Shown piece by piece: positions 16,216-26,151 of a stretch of 64,000 bases of DNA; position 1 is the first letter of the stretch; every line of letters begins with the position of its first letter. The notes beneath the pieces were generated by a model. The model was given only the letters and a program-made list of their open reading frames with translations, did not search any database and was not told the DNA's origin. Location: positions 695 to 64,694 of the forward strand of contig JBPBQN010000160.1 of NCBI GenBank assembly GCA_050954865.1. Reading direction: 5' to 3'. Source of the DNA: Janthinobacterium lividum (GTDB lineage Bacteria; Bacteroidota; Bacteroidia; Sphingobacteriales; Sphingobacteriaceae). A program made the position numbers and the translations under genes.

Positions 16216-16635
16216 TTAAAATAAGAGGTTTTCGTTAGATTTGATTTTCTTCGGATCAACACGAACTACCTTTTTAATATTTTCTATCTGCTTTAAACGG
16301 CAAATCATGTTGCCCAGATCTTCATCATCAAAATGATTTTTAATCAGCATAAAATAATTCACGCTTGCCATTTCCGGAATTAAAAAACCGGCTGCACCGC
16401 GGTTGGCAATAATATAAAATTCTGTTTCGAATGTTTTAATTTGATAAAAATACTGCGAAAACTGCATCGGCTCGTTGCCCGCAAACAAGTTTAGTTCGTA
16501 ATCATTAACCTTCCTGAAATCCGCATTAAGTTCTTTGTTGATGTGATAGCAAAGCCGATAATCTTTTAATTGCGATGTAATTGCGATTAAAATAAAATCC
16601 AGATCTAACTCAAAACTTAGTATTCTCCTGTTCAA
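16216..16635 (-). CDS. IPExxxVDY-family protein (Bacteroidota-specific, function unknown)
   Basis: 139 aa. Contains FLIPEMASVNYF, matching the family's name motif. Lies divergent from acpP. Confidence 0.6.
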   Translation of the reverse strand: MNRRILSFELDLDFILIAITSQLKDYRLCYHINKELNADFRKVNDYELNLFAGNEPMQFSQYFYQIKTFETEFYIIANRGAAGFLIPEMASVNYFMLIKNHFDDEDLGNMICRLKQIENIKKVVRVDPKKIKSNENLLF

Positions 16636-16736
16636 CTCTATAAATTATAAATTATTTTTACACTACAAATGAAACTATAAATAGCTTTACGGTATTACGC
16701 TTTTACTAATAAATTTTAATTTTTGGTGCAAAAAAA

Positions 16737-16790
16737 CATCGATAAAAACAGCATTTAAATTGCAGCATATTTAGGCGCGGTAAAAGTGAT
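16737..16790 (+). repeat. 25-mer family, two tandem copies upstream of acpP
   Basis: catcgataaaaacagcat and atatttaggcgcggtaaaagtgat. Confidence 0.5.
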
Positions 16791-16861
16791 TGTTAGATTT
16801 GATATTTGATTTAATTTATTTTTCTTTGCACAGATTTATTTAACCCATAAAAACTAAGACT

Positions 16862-17098
16862 ATGTCTGATATCGCTTCCAGAGTAAAAGCAATTATCGTA
16901 GAAAAATTAGGTGTTGACGAGAACGAAGTTACGCCAGAGGCAAGTTTCACTAATGATTTAGGTGCAGATTCTTTGGATACTGTAGAACTGATCATGGAAT
17001 TTGAAAAAGAATTTAATGTAGCCATCCCTGATGATCAGGCAGAAAACATTGGCACTGTAGGCCAGGCTATTGCTTACCTGGAAAAAAACGTTAAATAG
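16862..17098 (+). CDS. acpP: acyl carrier protein
   Basis: 78 aa with the phosphopantetheine site [11 protein letters not shown]. Confidence 0.95.
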   Translation: MSDIASRVKAIIVEKLGVDENEVTPEASFTNDLGADSLDTVELIMEFEKEFNVAIPDDQAENIGTVGQAIAYLEKNVK

Positions 17099-17116
17099 TA
17101 GCGCTTTTACAATTAA

Positions 17117-18370
17117 ATGGAGTTAAAAAGAGTAGTTGTAACAGGTCTTGGCGCACTTACTCCGATTGGTAATAATGTTCCGGCTTATTGGAATGCTTTG
17201 CTTGCCGGAGTAAGTGGTGCTGACTTCATTAAAAGTTTCGACACTAGCAAATTTAAAACCAAGTTTGCCTGTGAAGTAAAAAACTTTTCTGCGGAGGAAA
17301 TTTTTGGCAGAAAAGAAGCACGTAAAATGGATCCTTTTGTTCATTATGCGATGTTTGCAGTGGACGAAGCAGTACGCGATGCCAATCTGGATTTTCCCAA
17401 TCTTGATACCAACCGCATTGGTGTGATTTGGGGTGCAGGTATTGGCGGATTAAAAACTTTTTTAGATGAAGTTTCCAACTTTGCAAAAGGTGATGGAACA
17501 CCACGTTATAATCCGTACTTTATTCCAAAAATGATTTTGGACATTGCTCCTGGCCATATTTCTATCAAGTATGGCCTGCGCGGCCCGAATTTTTCTACCG
17601 TTTCTGCTTGTGCTTCTGGTACAAATGCATTGATTGATTCTTTCAATTACATTCGCTTAGGTACTGCGGATGTACTCATTTCCGGTGGTTCTGAAGCCAT
17701 TATTAATGAAGCTGGAATGGGCGGATTTAATGCCATGCACGCTTTATCTACCAGAAATGATGATCCAAAAACAGCATCGCGCCCTTTTGACAAAGACCGT
17801 GATGGTTTTGTAGCCGGCGAAGGTGCAGGTGCGCTCATTTTAGAAAGTTTGGAACATGCCAAAGCTCGTGGTGCAAAAATTTATGCAGAACTGATTGGCG
17901 GTGGCATGAGTGCCGATGCAAATCATATAACTGCTCCGCATCCGGAAGGTTTAGGTGCAAGATTGGTGATGACGAATGCTTTGCGTGATGCCAACCTGAC
18001 TACCAGCGACATTGATTACATTAACGTTCATGGCACTTCTACTCAATTGGGCGATATCAGCGAAACCAAAGCTATCGTAAGCTTATTTGGAGAAGATGCT
18101 TATAAATTAAACATTAGTTCTACCAAATCTATGACTGGCCACTTGCTTGGTGCAGCCGGTGCCATCGAAGCTATTGCATCCGTTTTAGCTGTACAAAATG
18201 ACATTATTCCGCCAACAATAAACCATTTTACAGATGATCCGGAGTTTGATCCGCAATTAAACTTCACTTTTAATCAGGCACAAAAACGCCTGGTGCGCAC
18301 AGCTCAAAGCAATACATTTGGCTTTGGTGGCCATAATGCTTCAGTTATTTTCAAAAAATACGAAGAATAG
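17117..18370 (+). CDS. fabF: beta-ketoacyl-ACP synthase II
   Basis: 417 aa. Active-site Cys in VSACASG, HGTSTQLGD, and GHLLGAAG. Confidence 0.95.
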   Translation: MELKRVVVTGLGALTPIGNNVPAYWNALLAGVSGADFIKSFDTSKFKTKFACEVKNFSAEEIFGRKEARKMDPFVHYAMFAVDEAVRDANLDFPNLDTNRIGVIWGAGIGGLKTFLDEVSNFAKGDGTPRYNPYFIPKMILDIAPGHISIKYGLRGPNFSTVSACASGTNALIDSFNYIRLGTADVLISGGSEAIINEAGMGGFNAMHALSTRNDDPKTASRPFDKDRDGFVAGEGAGALILESLEHAKARGAKIYAELIGGGMSADANHITAPHPEGLGARLVMTNALRDANLTTSDIDYINVHGTSTQLGDISETKAIVSLFGEDAYKLNISSTKSMTGHLLGAAGAIEAIASVLAVQNDIIPPTINHFTDDPEFDPQLNFTFNQAQKRLVRTAQSNTFGFGGHNASVIFKKYEE

Positions 18371-18375
18371 CCTTA

Positions 18376-19101
18376 ATGCCGGTTTTAAAGTTTTATAAGC
18401 TTTATTTATCTCCCAGCAGAAAATACGTTAAACTGTTAAAAAACCTGTTGGGCTTTGTACCGGGCAATTTGATGCTTTACCGTTTGGCTTTTCGGCATAA
18501 ATCTGTTGCGCAGGTTATAAAAAAAGGCGTTAAAAACAGTAACGAACGTTTGGAGTTTTTGGGTGATGCTGTGCTTGGTTCGGTTATAGCTGAAGTACTT
18601 TTTAAAATGTATCCTTATGAAGATGAGGGTTTTTTAACAGAACTTCGCTCTAAAATAGTGAGTCGTGTTAACCTCAATCAATTGAGCCGAAAACTTGGCT
18701 TTGAACAATTGATTGAGTTTGATAATCGCGTAATCAATACCAGCCGGCAAAGTTCTTTGTTAGGCGATGCTTTTGAAGCTTTGATTGGAGCGGTTTATCT
18801 AGATAAAGGTTACGATTTTACTAAAAACTTCCTGACCAATCACATTATCAAATCTCATATTGATATTCATACGCTGGAAAAAACGGAAACCAATTTTAAA
18901 AGTAAATTGATTGAATGGTGCCAGCGGCATGGCAAAGACATTATTTTTGAATTAACTACTAACCAGCAGGGCGAAAATTCAAAACTGTTTACCGTTCAGG
19001 CCAATGTTGATGGCGAAGTTTTAGGCAGCGGTAAAGAATTCAACAAAAAAACAGCTGAAAAACTGGCTGCCGAAAAAGCTTGCGAAGCTTTAGGAATTTA
19101 A
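18376..19101 (+). CDS. rnc: ribonuclease III
   Basis: RNase III signature NERLEFLGDAVL, plus a C-terminal dsRBD (KSKLIEWCQR...KTAEKLAAEKA). Confidence 0.9.
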   Translation: MPVLKFYKLYLSPSRKYVKLLKNLLGFVPGNLMLYRLAFRHKSVAQVIKKGVKNSNERLEFLGDAVLGSVIAEVLFKMYPYEDEGFLTELRSKIVSRVNLNQLSRKLGFEQLIEFDNRVINTSRQSSLLGDAFEALIGAVYLDKGYDFTKNFLTNHIIKSHIDIHTLEKTETNFKSKLIEWCQRHGKDIIFELTTNQQGENSKLFTVQANVDGEVLGSGKEFNKKTAEKLAAEKACEALGI

Positions 19102-19116
19102 CTCACATTATCTTTG

Positions 19117-19230
19117 TTGTTATTTTGACCGAAGGGAGAAATCCTATTCCAATAAACCAATTTTTTGCCAATAAAAGAAGTATTGTACAAATCACTTCAA
19201 AGAAGCTTTCCTCCTGTGGTCGAAATGACA
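19117..19230. mobile_element. MITE-like hairpin element, family 1 (GTCATTTCGACC termini), degenerate copy
   Basis: Left arm tgttattttgaccgaagggagaaatcc. Right arm gctttcctcctgtggtcgaaatgaca. The loop carries a 25-mer repeat copy. Lies just after the rnc stop. Confidence 0.55.
19161..19184 (+). repeat. 25-mer family copy inside a MITE loop
   Basis: ttttttgccaataaaagaagtatt. Confidence 0.5.
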
Positions 19231-19259
19231 AAACCGAGAATCTAACTAAAACACTTCTT

Positions 19260-19997
19260 TTAATACAGCTTTTTAAGCGGCGGCGGCGCTTTGCCATCTT
19301 TTAGTTGCTTGGCAGAAGCTTTGATATAATTAATTAGATCATATTCATTCCAACGAATTAACTGATCATAAGACGGCCGGAAAGTATTCATAAACACCTC
19401 AATTTGCGCATCCGTTAAATCCGTATTTTGCTTAACAATAGCCGCATTAAAGCGTTTGTCAATATTAATCTGCTCGGTTTCCGTTTTAGAAAAGGCCTGA
19501 AAACGCCTTGCCTGTCCTGGCGTTTTACCAAAAAGTTCATACAAACCAGTTATGGGCGAAGCTATTGCTGCAAGCGCCGGCGGTTTCCCGTTATAAAAAC
19601 TTCCCTGACCGCGATATTGCCGCATCGCTTCATCCAGTTCCTGCTTTTTACTTTGGCCAACAATTCGCACTTCATTTAATTGGATTACTTGCGAAAGCTG
19701 AATTATGGCATCTTTTTGATTTTCAACCACATAATAGTTATCAGAATAATCTTTTTTGGTGATTTTTAGCGTATCACCCAAAGTTACTTTTATAGTAAAT
19801 GCGCCTGTATAATCTGTATTAACTGTCAACTTATTTTTAAGGTTGAGGATGAACGCATTGGACACCCGAAAATCACTTTGCTTTTGAAAAATAACACCTT
19901 TCAATATAAAACCTTGCTGTGCAAATATAGTAGATGTATTGCAAATTTGCAATACAATCATCAACAAAAAAGCATGAAAAATGGGTTTTCGCATCAA
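19260..19997 (-). CDS. secreted hypothetical protein
   Basis: 245 aa. Signal peptide MMRKPIFHAFLLMIVLQICNTSTIFAQ followed by a beta-rich N-terminal segment. I do not recognise a family. Confidence 0.5.
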   Translation of the reverse strand: MMRKPIFHAFLLMIVLQICNTSTIFAQQGFILKGVIFQKQSDFRVSNAFILNLKNKLTVNTDYTGAFTIKVTLGDTLKITKKDYSDNYYVVENQKDAIIQLSQVIQLNEVRIVGQSKKQELDEAMRQYRGQGSFYNGKPPALAAIASPITGLYELFGKTPGQARRFQAFSKTETEQINIDKRFNAAIVKQNTDLTDAQIEVFMNTFRPSYDQLIRWNEYDLINYIKASAKQLKDGKAPPPLKKLY

Positions 19998-20050
19998 CGC
20001 AAACTTACAAAAAGCAAAAATGCCAAAGCGTTAAAGTTTGTTAATTGCCA

Positions 20051-20077
20051 ATTTTGGGTCGATAAAAACAGTATCAG
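20051..20077 (+). repeat. 25-mer family copy
   Basis: attttgggtcgataaaaacagtatcag. Confidence 0.7.
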
Positions 20078-20122
20078 CCTTGTGCAAAGCCTTTTAAAAC
20101 GTTAGCGGTATCGATAAATTTT

Positions 20123-20130
20123 TATCTTTG
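20123..20130 (+). promoter_or_regulatory. -7 box for yicC (near-leaderless)
   Basis: TATCTTTG ends 3 nt before ATG 20134. Confidence 0.4.
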
Positions 20131-20133
20131 CAG

Positions 20134-21009
20134 ATGATTAAATCCATGACCGGTTTTGGCTTGATCAGTCAGGATCTGGGCAACGTAAAATACACCGTTG
20201 AAATAAAATCACTCAACAGCAAATTCCTGGAGCTGTCTATCAAATTACCGCGCGTTTTTGCTGATAAAGAGTTTGAACTACGCAACGAATGCAGTCGTTT
20301 AATTGAGCGCGGCAAAGTAAACCTCAGCTTTAACATCGAACAAAACGAAGCTAAAAACGCCGCTTTAGGCATCGACATAAATCTGTTACAGCAATATTTA
20401 GAGCAGCTAAAAGAAGTATCGGTAAAAACAGCACAGCCGGCAAATAACTTGCTGCAGCTGGCTTTGGGTTTGCCCGATGTGATGAAATATCAGGAAGAAA
20501 AAGCAACCGAAGATGAGTGGAAAACGGTTGCGCAACTGTTTAAAAAGGCAGTTGAAGCATTCCAGCAATTTCGGTTGGATGAGGGAAATGTGCTGGAAAA
20601 TGATTTGAAACTGCGCATTGGTATTATTTTGGAAAACTTATCAAAAGTTGCCATTGAAGAACCTGTACGCATCACCACAATAAAAGATCGCTTAAATAAT
20701 TTTTTGGCTGAAGCTGTTGGCCGCGAGAACATCGACCAGAATCGTTTTGAACAGGAATTAATCTATTATATTGATAAATTGGATATTACGGAAGAAAAGA
20801 TCCGCCTGAAAACGCATTGCGATTACTTTCTGGAAACGTTGAAAAGTGCGGATGCCAATGGCAAAAAGCTTGGTTTTATTGCCCAGGAAATTGGCCGCGA
20901 AGTAAACACGTTAGGTTCTAAAGCCAACAATGCTATTATCCAAAAGTTGGTGGTTGGCATGAAAGAAGAACTGGAAAAAATTAAAGAACAATTGTTAAAT
21001 GTGTTGTAG
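20134..21009 (+). CDS. yicC: YicC-family protein
   Basis: MIKSMTGFG N-terminus and the C-terminal DUF1732-type EIGREVNTLGSKAN motif. The track's TTG 20128 start is unlikely. Confidence 0.85.
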   Translation: MIKSMTGFGLISQDLGNVKYTVEIKSLNSKFLELSIKLPRVFADKEFELRNECSRLIERGKVNLSFNIEQNEAKNAALGIDINLLQQYLEQLKEVSVKTAQPANNLLQLALGLPDVMKYQEEKATEDEWKTVAQLFKKAVEAFQQFRLDEGNVLENDLKLRIGIILENLSKVAIEEPVRITTIKDRLNNFLAEAVGRENIDQNRFEQELIYYIDKLDITEEKIRLKTHCDYFLETLKSADANGKKLGFIAQEIGREVNTLGSKANNAIIQKLVVGMKEELEKIKEQLLNVL

Positions 21010-21047
21010 CTGAAAGCTATCAGCCATTAGCTATCATCTGTAAATTT

Positions 21048-21620
21048 ATGAACCAATCGGGCAAACTCATTATATTTTCTGCGCCGTCGGGAGCTGGCAA
21101 AACCACCATTGTGCAGCATTTGCTTGGTAAATTTCCGGATCTGGAATTTTCTATTTCGGCAACCACACGGGAGCCTCGCGGAGACGAACAAAACGGAAAA
21201 GATTACTATTTTATTTCTCAAAAAGAGTTTCTGCACCGCATTGCTAAAAAAGACTTTGTAGAGTTTGAAGAAGTTTATTCAGGCACTTTTTACGGTACGC
21301 TGCGGGCCGAAATTGAACGCATTTGGGCAAATGGCAAGCATGTAATTTTTGATATTGATGTGATTGGTGGCTTGCATTTAAAACGAAAATACGATGGCAA
21401 AGCTTTAGCCATTTTTGTACAACCACCATCATTGGAAGTGCTGATTGAACGCCTGAGCGGACGCGGAACCGACAGCGAAGAAAAATTACAGGAACGTTAT
21501 GCCAAAGCCGAAAAAGAACTGGCCTACGCGCCGCAGTTTGACGTAATTTTAAAAAATTACGAACTGGATGTTGCCTGCGAAGAAGCCAAAATGCTAGTTT
21601 CTGATTTTATTGGTCACTGA
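21048..21620 (+). CDS. gmk: guanylate kinase
   Basis: 190 aa. P-loop SAPSGAGKTT, TTREPRGDE, and YYFIS. Confidence 0.95.
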   Translation: MNQSGKLIIFSAPSGAGKTTIVQHLLGKFPDLEFSISATTREPRGDEQNGKDYYFISQKEFLHRIAKKDFVEFEEVYSGTFYGTLRAEIERIWANGKHVIFDIDVIGGLHLKRKYDGKALAIFVQPPSLEVLIERLSGRGTDSEEKLQERYAKAEKELAYAPQFDVILKNYELDVACEEAKMLVSDFIGH

Positions 21621-21647
21621 TTTTAGGTCGGTAAAAACAGCATCAGC
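21621..21647 (+). repeat. 25-mer family copy abutting the nadD ATG
   Basis: ttttaggtcggtaaaaacagcatcagc, followed directly by ATG. Confidence 0.75.
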
Positions 21648-22220
21648 ATGAAAATCGGTTTGTTTTTCGGTTCGTTCAATCCCATCCACACCGGCCATCT
21701 GATCATTGCCAGCTACATGGCGCACCACACGGAACTGGATAAAATATGGTTGGTGGTTTCGCCACACAATCCGCTTAAAAAAGCTTCTGATCTGATCAAT
21801 ACTTATGATCGTTTAGAGATGGCCAAACTTGCTACCGAAACTTCAGATAAAATTGAAGTAAGCGATATTGAACTGAAACTGCCGCGCCCATCATACACTA
21901 TTGATACGCTGACGCATTTACACGAAAAATTTCCGCAGCATCAGTTTGTACTGATTATGGGTTCTGATAATTTAAAATCGCTGCATAAATGGAAAAACTA
22001 TGAAATTTTGCTACGCGATTACCAAATTTACGTTTATCCACGACCAGGATTTGAAAATACGGAATTTAGCCAACATCCGTCTATCACGATAACGGATACG
22101 CCGCTGATCGAGATTTCTTCTACTTTTATCCGCAAATCCATCGCCCAAAATAAAAACGTTCAGTATTTTTTGCCGGATAACGTGCTGGAATTTATTGATA
22201 GCAAAAACTTGTACCGGTAA
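21648..22220 (+). CDS. nadD: nicotinate-nucleotide adenylyltransferase
   Basis: 190 aa. GSFNPIHTGH (HxGH) and ISSTFIR motifs. Confidence 0.9.
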   Translation: MKIGLFFGSFNPIHTGHLIIASYMAHHTELDKIWLVVSPHNPLKKASDLINTYDRLEMAKLATETSDKIEVSDIELKLPRPSYTIDTLTHLHEKFPQHQFVLIMGSDNLKSLHKWKNYEILLRDYQIYVYPRPGFENTEFSQHPSITITDTPLIEISSTFIRKSIAQNKNVQYFLPDNVLEFIDSKNLYR

Positions 22221-22232
22221 TTTTTTATTAAA

Positions 22233-22832
22233 ATGAGCGAGAAAACCATCCTGAAACTGCAATTGCCAACAGACCCAAATTGGGTTACCAATGTGGTGCA
22301 AAGTAATATTGAAGAAATTTTAACCGATCATGCTTTTTGCGAGCAGAAAGCGGCCAGCAACGCCATTACGTTGATCGTACAAAACCCCAATTTATCAGAT
22401 TTGGTACAGGAAATGGTACAATTGGCGCAAGAAGAGTTGGATCATTTTAAACGCGTGCACGATTTGATTTTGCAACGAGGTTTTGTTTTAGGCCGAGAAC
22501 GGAAAGATAATTACGTAAATGAACTAGCCAAATTCATCATCAAAGGCGGCGGCCGCGAAGCGCAGCTGATTGACCGTTTGCTGTTTTCTGCAATGATTGA
22601 AGCGCGCAGTTGTGAGCGTTTCAAAGTAATGTCGGAACATATCAACGATACCGAACTTGCAGCTTTTTACCACGAATTAATGGTAAGTGAAGCTGGTCAT
22701 TACACTATGTTTATTCGCTTAGCCAGAAAATACGCCGTTACGATTGATGTGGAAAGCCGCTGGAAAAGTTTTTTAGAATATGAAGCGCAGGTAGTGCAAA
22801 ATTATGGTAGAAGCAAAACGATACATGGATAA
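22233..22832 (+). CDS. miaE: tRNA-(ms2io6A)-hydroxylase MiaE-like di-iron protein
   Basis: 199 aa. DHAFCEQKAA, QEELDHF, EARSCERF and SEAGHY di-iron ligand motifs. Confidence 0.8.
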   Translation: MSEKTILKLQLPTDPNWVTNVVQSNIEEILTDHAFCEQKAASNAITLIVQNPNLSDLVQEMVQLAQEELDHFKRVHDLILQRGFVLGRERKDNYVNELAKFIIKGGGREAQLIDRLLFSAMIEARSCERFKVMSEHINDTELAAFYHELMVSEAGHYTMFIRLARKYAVTIDVESRWKSFLEYEAQVVQNYGRSKTIHG

Positions 22833-22846
22833 AAAGCTTCTTTGTT

Positions 22847-22938
22847 TGTCATTTCGACCAAAGAGAGAAATCTTAATCAAAAAATATATAAAACCATTTC
22901 GCTTTAAATAAGATTTCTCCCTTTTGGTCGAAATGACA
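22847..22938. mobile_element. MITE-like hairpin element, family 1
   Basis: tgtcatttcgaccaaagagagaaatctta ... taagatttctcccttttggtcgaaatgaca. The ~29-nt inverted arms are near-perfect, about 33 nt apart. Confidence 0.75.
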
Positions 22939-22942
22939 GCGC

Positions 22943-22958
22943 AATGCTTCTTTTACCC
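22943..22958 (-). repeat. 25-mer family, partial copy overlapping a stop codon
   Basis: aatgcttcttttaccc. Confidence 0.5.
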
Positions 22959-24563
22959 TGCTTTTTTGGTTGCGCTGCGATAACCCACAATCTTCTCCAG
23001 ATAATCTGCAATTAACTCGACATGAATGGCATCATTTAGATAACCGATATACATATCCGGGCGCACAATAATGGCTTTTCGTTCGCCTTCCTTCATCTCA
23101 AAACAATCGAAAACCGCTTTATTTTTAACAGAAAAAGGCAGGTAAAAAAAGTTCAGCTGTGGATAATTCAGGCTGATCCATCGTGCTAAACCAAATAAAT
23201 CATGCTCGCTTAATTTCCCCAAAGCAATAAACGTAAAACCTGGCTTGAAGCACCAAACGTGCAAATCAGTTTCCTGCTGCTTTTTCTCATCAAAAATTTT
23301 TATATAAGGTAATCTGTCGCCTGCTTTTATATTTTTGGTTTTACTTAAATTAAGGTTGATTTTACGATCACGATAACTGATTCCAATCTCCGAAATCGTT
23401 TTAAAACCAAATTCCCGCCAGTTTTCCTGCTTCCAGAAAAAACGAGTGGCAAACGGTAAAATCAAATTTTTGAGCAAACGGTTAATTGGGTTTTTCGAGT
23501 TGATAAAATTAAATGCCCGATCCGTAGTTTGCAGCAGTTTCCGTGCAACCGGCATTCGTTCTTCCGCATAACTTTCTAAAATTTGCGGTTGATAATTTTG
23601 GTTGATTACGCCGGCCAGCTTCCATGCCAAATTGTAAGCATCCTGCAAACCAGTGTTCATGCCTTGCCCGCCGGCGGGCGAATGAATATGTGCCGCATCG
23701 CCAATTAAAAAGCTGTTTTTATGCCTGAATTTTTCGGCCATGCGATGATGCAGTTTGTAAACTGAAAACGCATGACAGGTTTTTATACGGAAGTTTTGCG
23801 GAAGCATTTTTGCCAGATCAGTTTCAATGTCTTCAAACGTAAGGTTCTGCTGATTTTCAAATCTTTTTGGCAACGTAGCAACCACCCGAAAACGATTATT
23901 TTTCATCGGAAAAAGACCGGTAAAAGAAGCATTGCCTAATTTTAACGTAATTTGATTGTCGGCAAAAATCTGTTCAAACGCCACATCAGCCAGCAAAAAC
24001 TGATTGGCATACGCTTGTCCTTTAAAATCAATTTGCAAAAATTTTCGTACCGAACTGTGCGCGCCGTCTGCACCAATCAGCCAATCCGTAGTAACGATGC
24101 TGTTTTTATCGGTACTTTTTAGGTGTAATTGAAGTTGATTTTCTTCCTGAACCAAATCCGCTAAAGTAGTATCCCAATAAACCGGACAACATTTTTGGGT
24201 GAGGAAATCCAATAGCAAACGCTCGTTTTTACTTTGCTCGAAAAGATGCACAAACGGAAAAAGCGTACTGTTTTTGCCGAGGTTTTTTAAGGAAAGATGA
24301 ACAAGTTCCTGTTCTTCATTTTGGATGGAAACACTTTCTGCCTGAATTCCTTCCTGTAAAGCCCGATCTGCCAAACCCATTTGCCGGTAAATTTCCATCG
24401 ATCGTGCCTGAACGGCCAACGCGCGCGATTGATTTGTCGGGCCTTTTTTACTATCGATAATCAGCGGTTGCACGCCATAACGCAGCAGTTGCGCAGCCAT
24501 CATCAAACCGGAAGGCCCAGCGCCAACAATTAAAACCGGGAAATGGCCTTCAGGAACCAGCAT
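22953..24563 (-). CDS. FAD-dependent aromatic-ring monooxygenase with a C-terminal thioredoxin-like domain
   Basis: 536 aa. VLIVGAGPSGL dinucleotide fold and GDAAHIHSPAGGQGMNTGLQDAYNL. Confidence 0.8.
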   Translation of the reverse strand: MLVPEGHFPVLIVGAGPSGLMMAAQLLRYGVQPLIIDSKKGPTNQSRALAVQARSMEIYRQMGLADRALQEGIQAESVSIQNEEQELVHLSLKNLGKNSTLFPFVHLFEQSKNERLLLDFLTQKCCPVYWDTTLADLVQEENQLQLHLKSTDKNSIVTTDWLIGADGAHSSVRKFLQIDFKGQAYANQFLLADVAFEQIFADNQITLKLGNASFTGLFPMKNNRFRVVATLPKRFENQQNLTFEDIETDLAKMLPQNFRIKTCHAFSVYKLHHRMAEKFRHKNSFLIGDAAHIHSPAGGQGMNTGLQDAYNLAWKLAGVINQNYQPQILESYAEERMPVARKLLQTTDRAFNFINSKNPINRLLKNLILPFATRFFWKQENWREFGFKTISEIGISYRDRKINLNLSKTKNIKAGDRLPYIKIFDEKKQQETDLHVWCFKPGFTFIALGKLSEHDLFGLARWISLNYPQLNFFYLPFSVKNKAVFDCFEMKEGERKAIIVRPDMYIGYLNDAIHVELIADYLEKIVGYRSATKKAG

Positions 24564-24566
24564 TGA

Positions 24567-25280
24567 TCAGGAACGATGCAGCAAAAAAATTGTTGGTTTT
24601 TTATGCAGATCAGGTTCCTGCTTTTTCCAGTCGGCAATGGTTTTGGTTGCAATCATTTCATCTTCGGCAGTAATGTTGCAGGCGATGCACAACATCGTTT
24701 TTAAATGCGCACTTTTAAGCACTTCTTCCAGCAGCTGATTATTGCGGAAAGGTGTTTCAATAAAAATTTGTGTTTGCTGATAACGTTCGGAAAGTGATTC
24801 CAGCTCTTTGATTTTGCGCGAACGTTCGGCTTTATCAATCGGCAAATAACCGTGGAAAGTAAACCGTTGCCCATCAAAACCCGAAGCCATCAACGCCAGC
24901 AAAATCGAACTTGGTCCAACTAACGGAACGACTTTGATGTTTCGGCGATGTGCTTCCGCCACAATATCTGCGCCCGGATCAGCAACGCCCGGACAACCGG
25001 CTTCGCTCATCAAACCAACATCTTTTCCGGCTTCTAATCCGCCAAAAAAATACGATAAACTGCCGCCGCGCTGGTGTTTTCCGTAATCGTGCAGCGTTAA
25101 ATCTGCCTGCGACGTTTTTAAACCTGCTTCTTTTAAAAATTTTCGGGCAGTTTTTTCGTTTTCAACAATATATTCGCTGATCTGGTTAATCTTTTCGCGC
25201 AAAAAAGGCGTAAAAGACTTCAAGCCGACTTCCTCAGCAAGCGGCACAGGAATTAAAAACAAGGTTCCTTTGGTCATCAT
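24567..25280 (-). CDS. SAM-dependent methyltransferase, tetrapyrrole-methylase (RsmI-like) fold
   Basis: 237 aa. GTLFLIPVPL, SEAGCPGVADPG and GPSSILLALMASG motifs. Confidence 0.75.
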   Translation of the reverse strand: MMTKGTLFLIPVPLAEEVGLKSFTPFLREKINQISEYIVENEKTARKFLKEAGLKTSQADLTLHDYGKHQRGGSLSYFFGGLEAGKDVGLMSEAGCPGVADPGADIVAEAHRRNIKVVPLVGPSSILLALMASGFDGQRFTFHGYLPIDKAERSRKIKELESLSERYQQTQIFIETPFRNNQLLEEVLKSAHLKTMLCIACNITAEDEMIATKTIADWKKQEPDLHKKPTIFLLHRS

Positions 25281-25330
25281 TGCAAAAATGTGATTTTTTA
25301 TTTAACTTTTGATTTTGAAAGGAGCAATAA

Positions 25331-26047
25331 ATGAAGGCGTTAGGTATCAATTGGTTTATTGAAGGTTCGATTGATTTTGAACACAAAAAATATGTTTTGC
25401 TGGCTTATCTGCAAAATATCAACAAGCATTTCCGCAGCAGTCAGTTATATCCTGATCTGGGCGATTTGGTTTTCCATTACAACAACCTGCTTCATTTTAA
25501 AAACAACAAAGTTTTAATGCAGCAAAATTTTCCGCAGCGCTTAACCAAAGCTGATTTTGACGCACTGAAATTAACGTATGAAAAGATGGTGAAAGACGAT
25601 TATGTGATGCAGGAAATTGAACAAATCATCACGTTTTCGCTGGAGAAAATGAATCCGGCTTTACAGCAAGGTAAAGAAATTTATGATTTTGTAGAAACCC
25701 GTTTGCTGATTGATCCGGTTGGCGTTTTACCGCTGATTGCAGATTTTGGTTACCTTTTTATCCGCAATGGCGATGAAAAAGCACTGCATGTTTACGAATA
25801 TTCGATGACGGTTTTTGAAGGAAAAGATGATAAATTTCGCGGTATCAACACCAGTTACATTGCCAACTACAGTTTGAGTTTTGTGCACACGCCAGAATCC
25901 ATCAAAATAGATTTAATCAGCAGCCGGAAGCAATTGCCAAATCCGGCCGTTTATCAAGTTGCCTGTGATATTAATTTTCCGCTGGAACAAACACTGTTGC
26001 CGGTTGCCAAGCGCAGTTTGGTGAAGCATATTAGTAAAGCGGCGTAA
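25331..26047 (+). CDS. hypothetical protein
   Basis: 238-aa intact ORF in a coding-like frame. I do not recognise a family. Confidence 0.5.
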   Translation: MKALGINWFIEGSIDFEHKKYVLLAYLQNINKHFRSSQLYPDLGDLVFHYNNLLHFKNNKVLMQQNFPQRLTKADFDALKLTYEKMVKDDYVMQEIEQIITFSLEKMNPALQQGKEIYDFVETRLLIDPVGVLPLIADFGYLFIRNGDEKALHVYEYSMTVFEGKDDKFRGINTSYIANYSLSFVHTPESIKIDLISSRKQLPNPAVYQVACDINFPLEQTLLPVAKRSLVKHISKAA

Positions 26048-26060
26048 TTGGTTTTGGGTT

Positions 26061-26077
26061 GATGCTTCTTTTATAGC
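26061..26077 (-). repeat. 25-mer family copy
   Basis: gatgcttcttttatagc. Confidence 0.5.
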
Positions 26078-26151
26078 ATTATTTTTTGTCTGATTCAGGA
26101 ATCAATTTTATTTAACAAAATTATTCAATCGAGCGTTCCGCCCTTCTTTTC

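Noticed and set aside
19080-19304. 74-aa and 64-aa ORFs crossing the rnc-downstream spacer
   Set aside because: Both are read through the family-1 hairpin element and a 25-mer copy. These are typical spurious translations of the repeat, such as ..SFRPQEESF..
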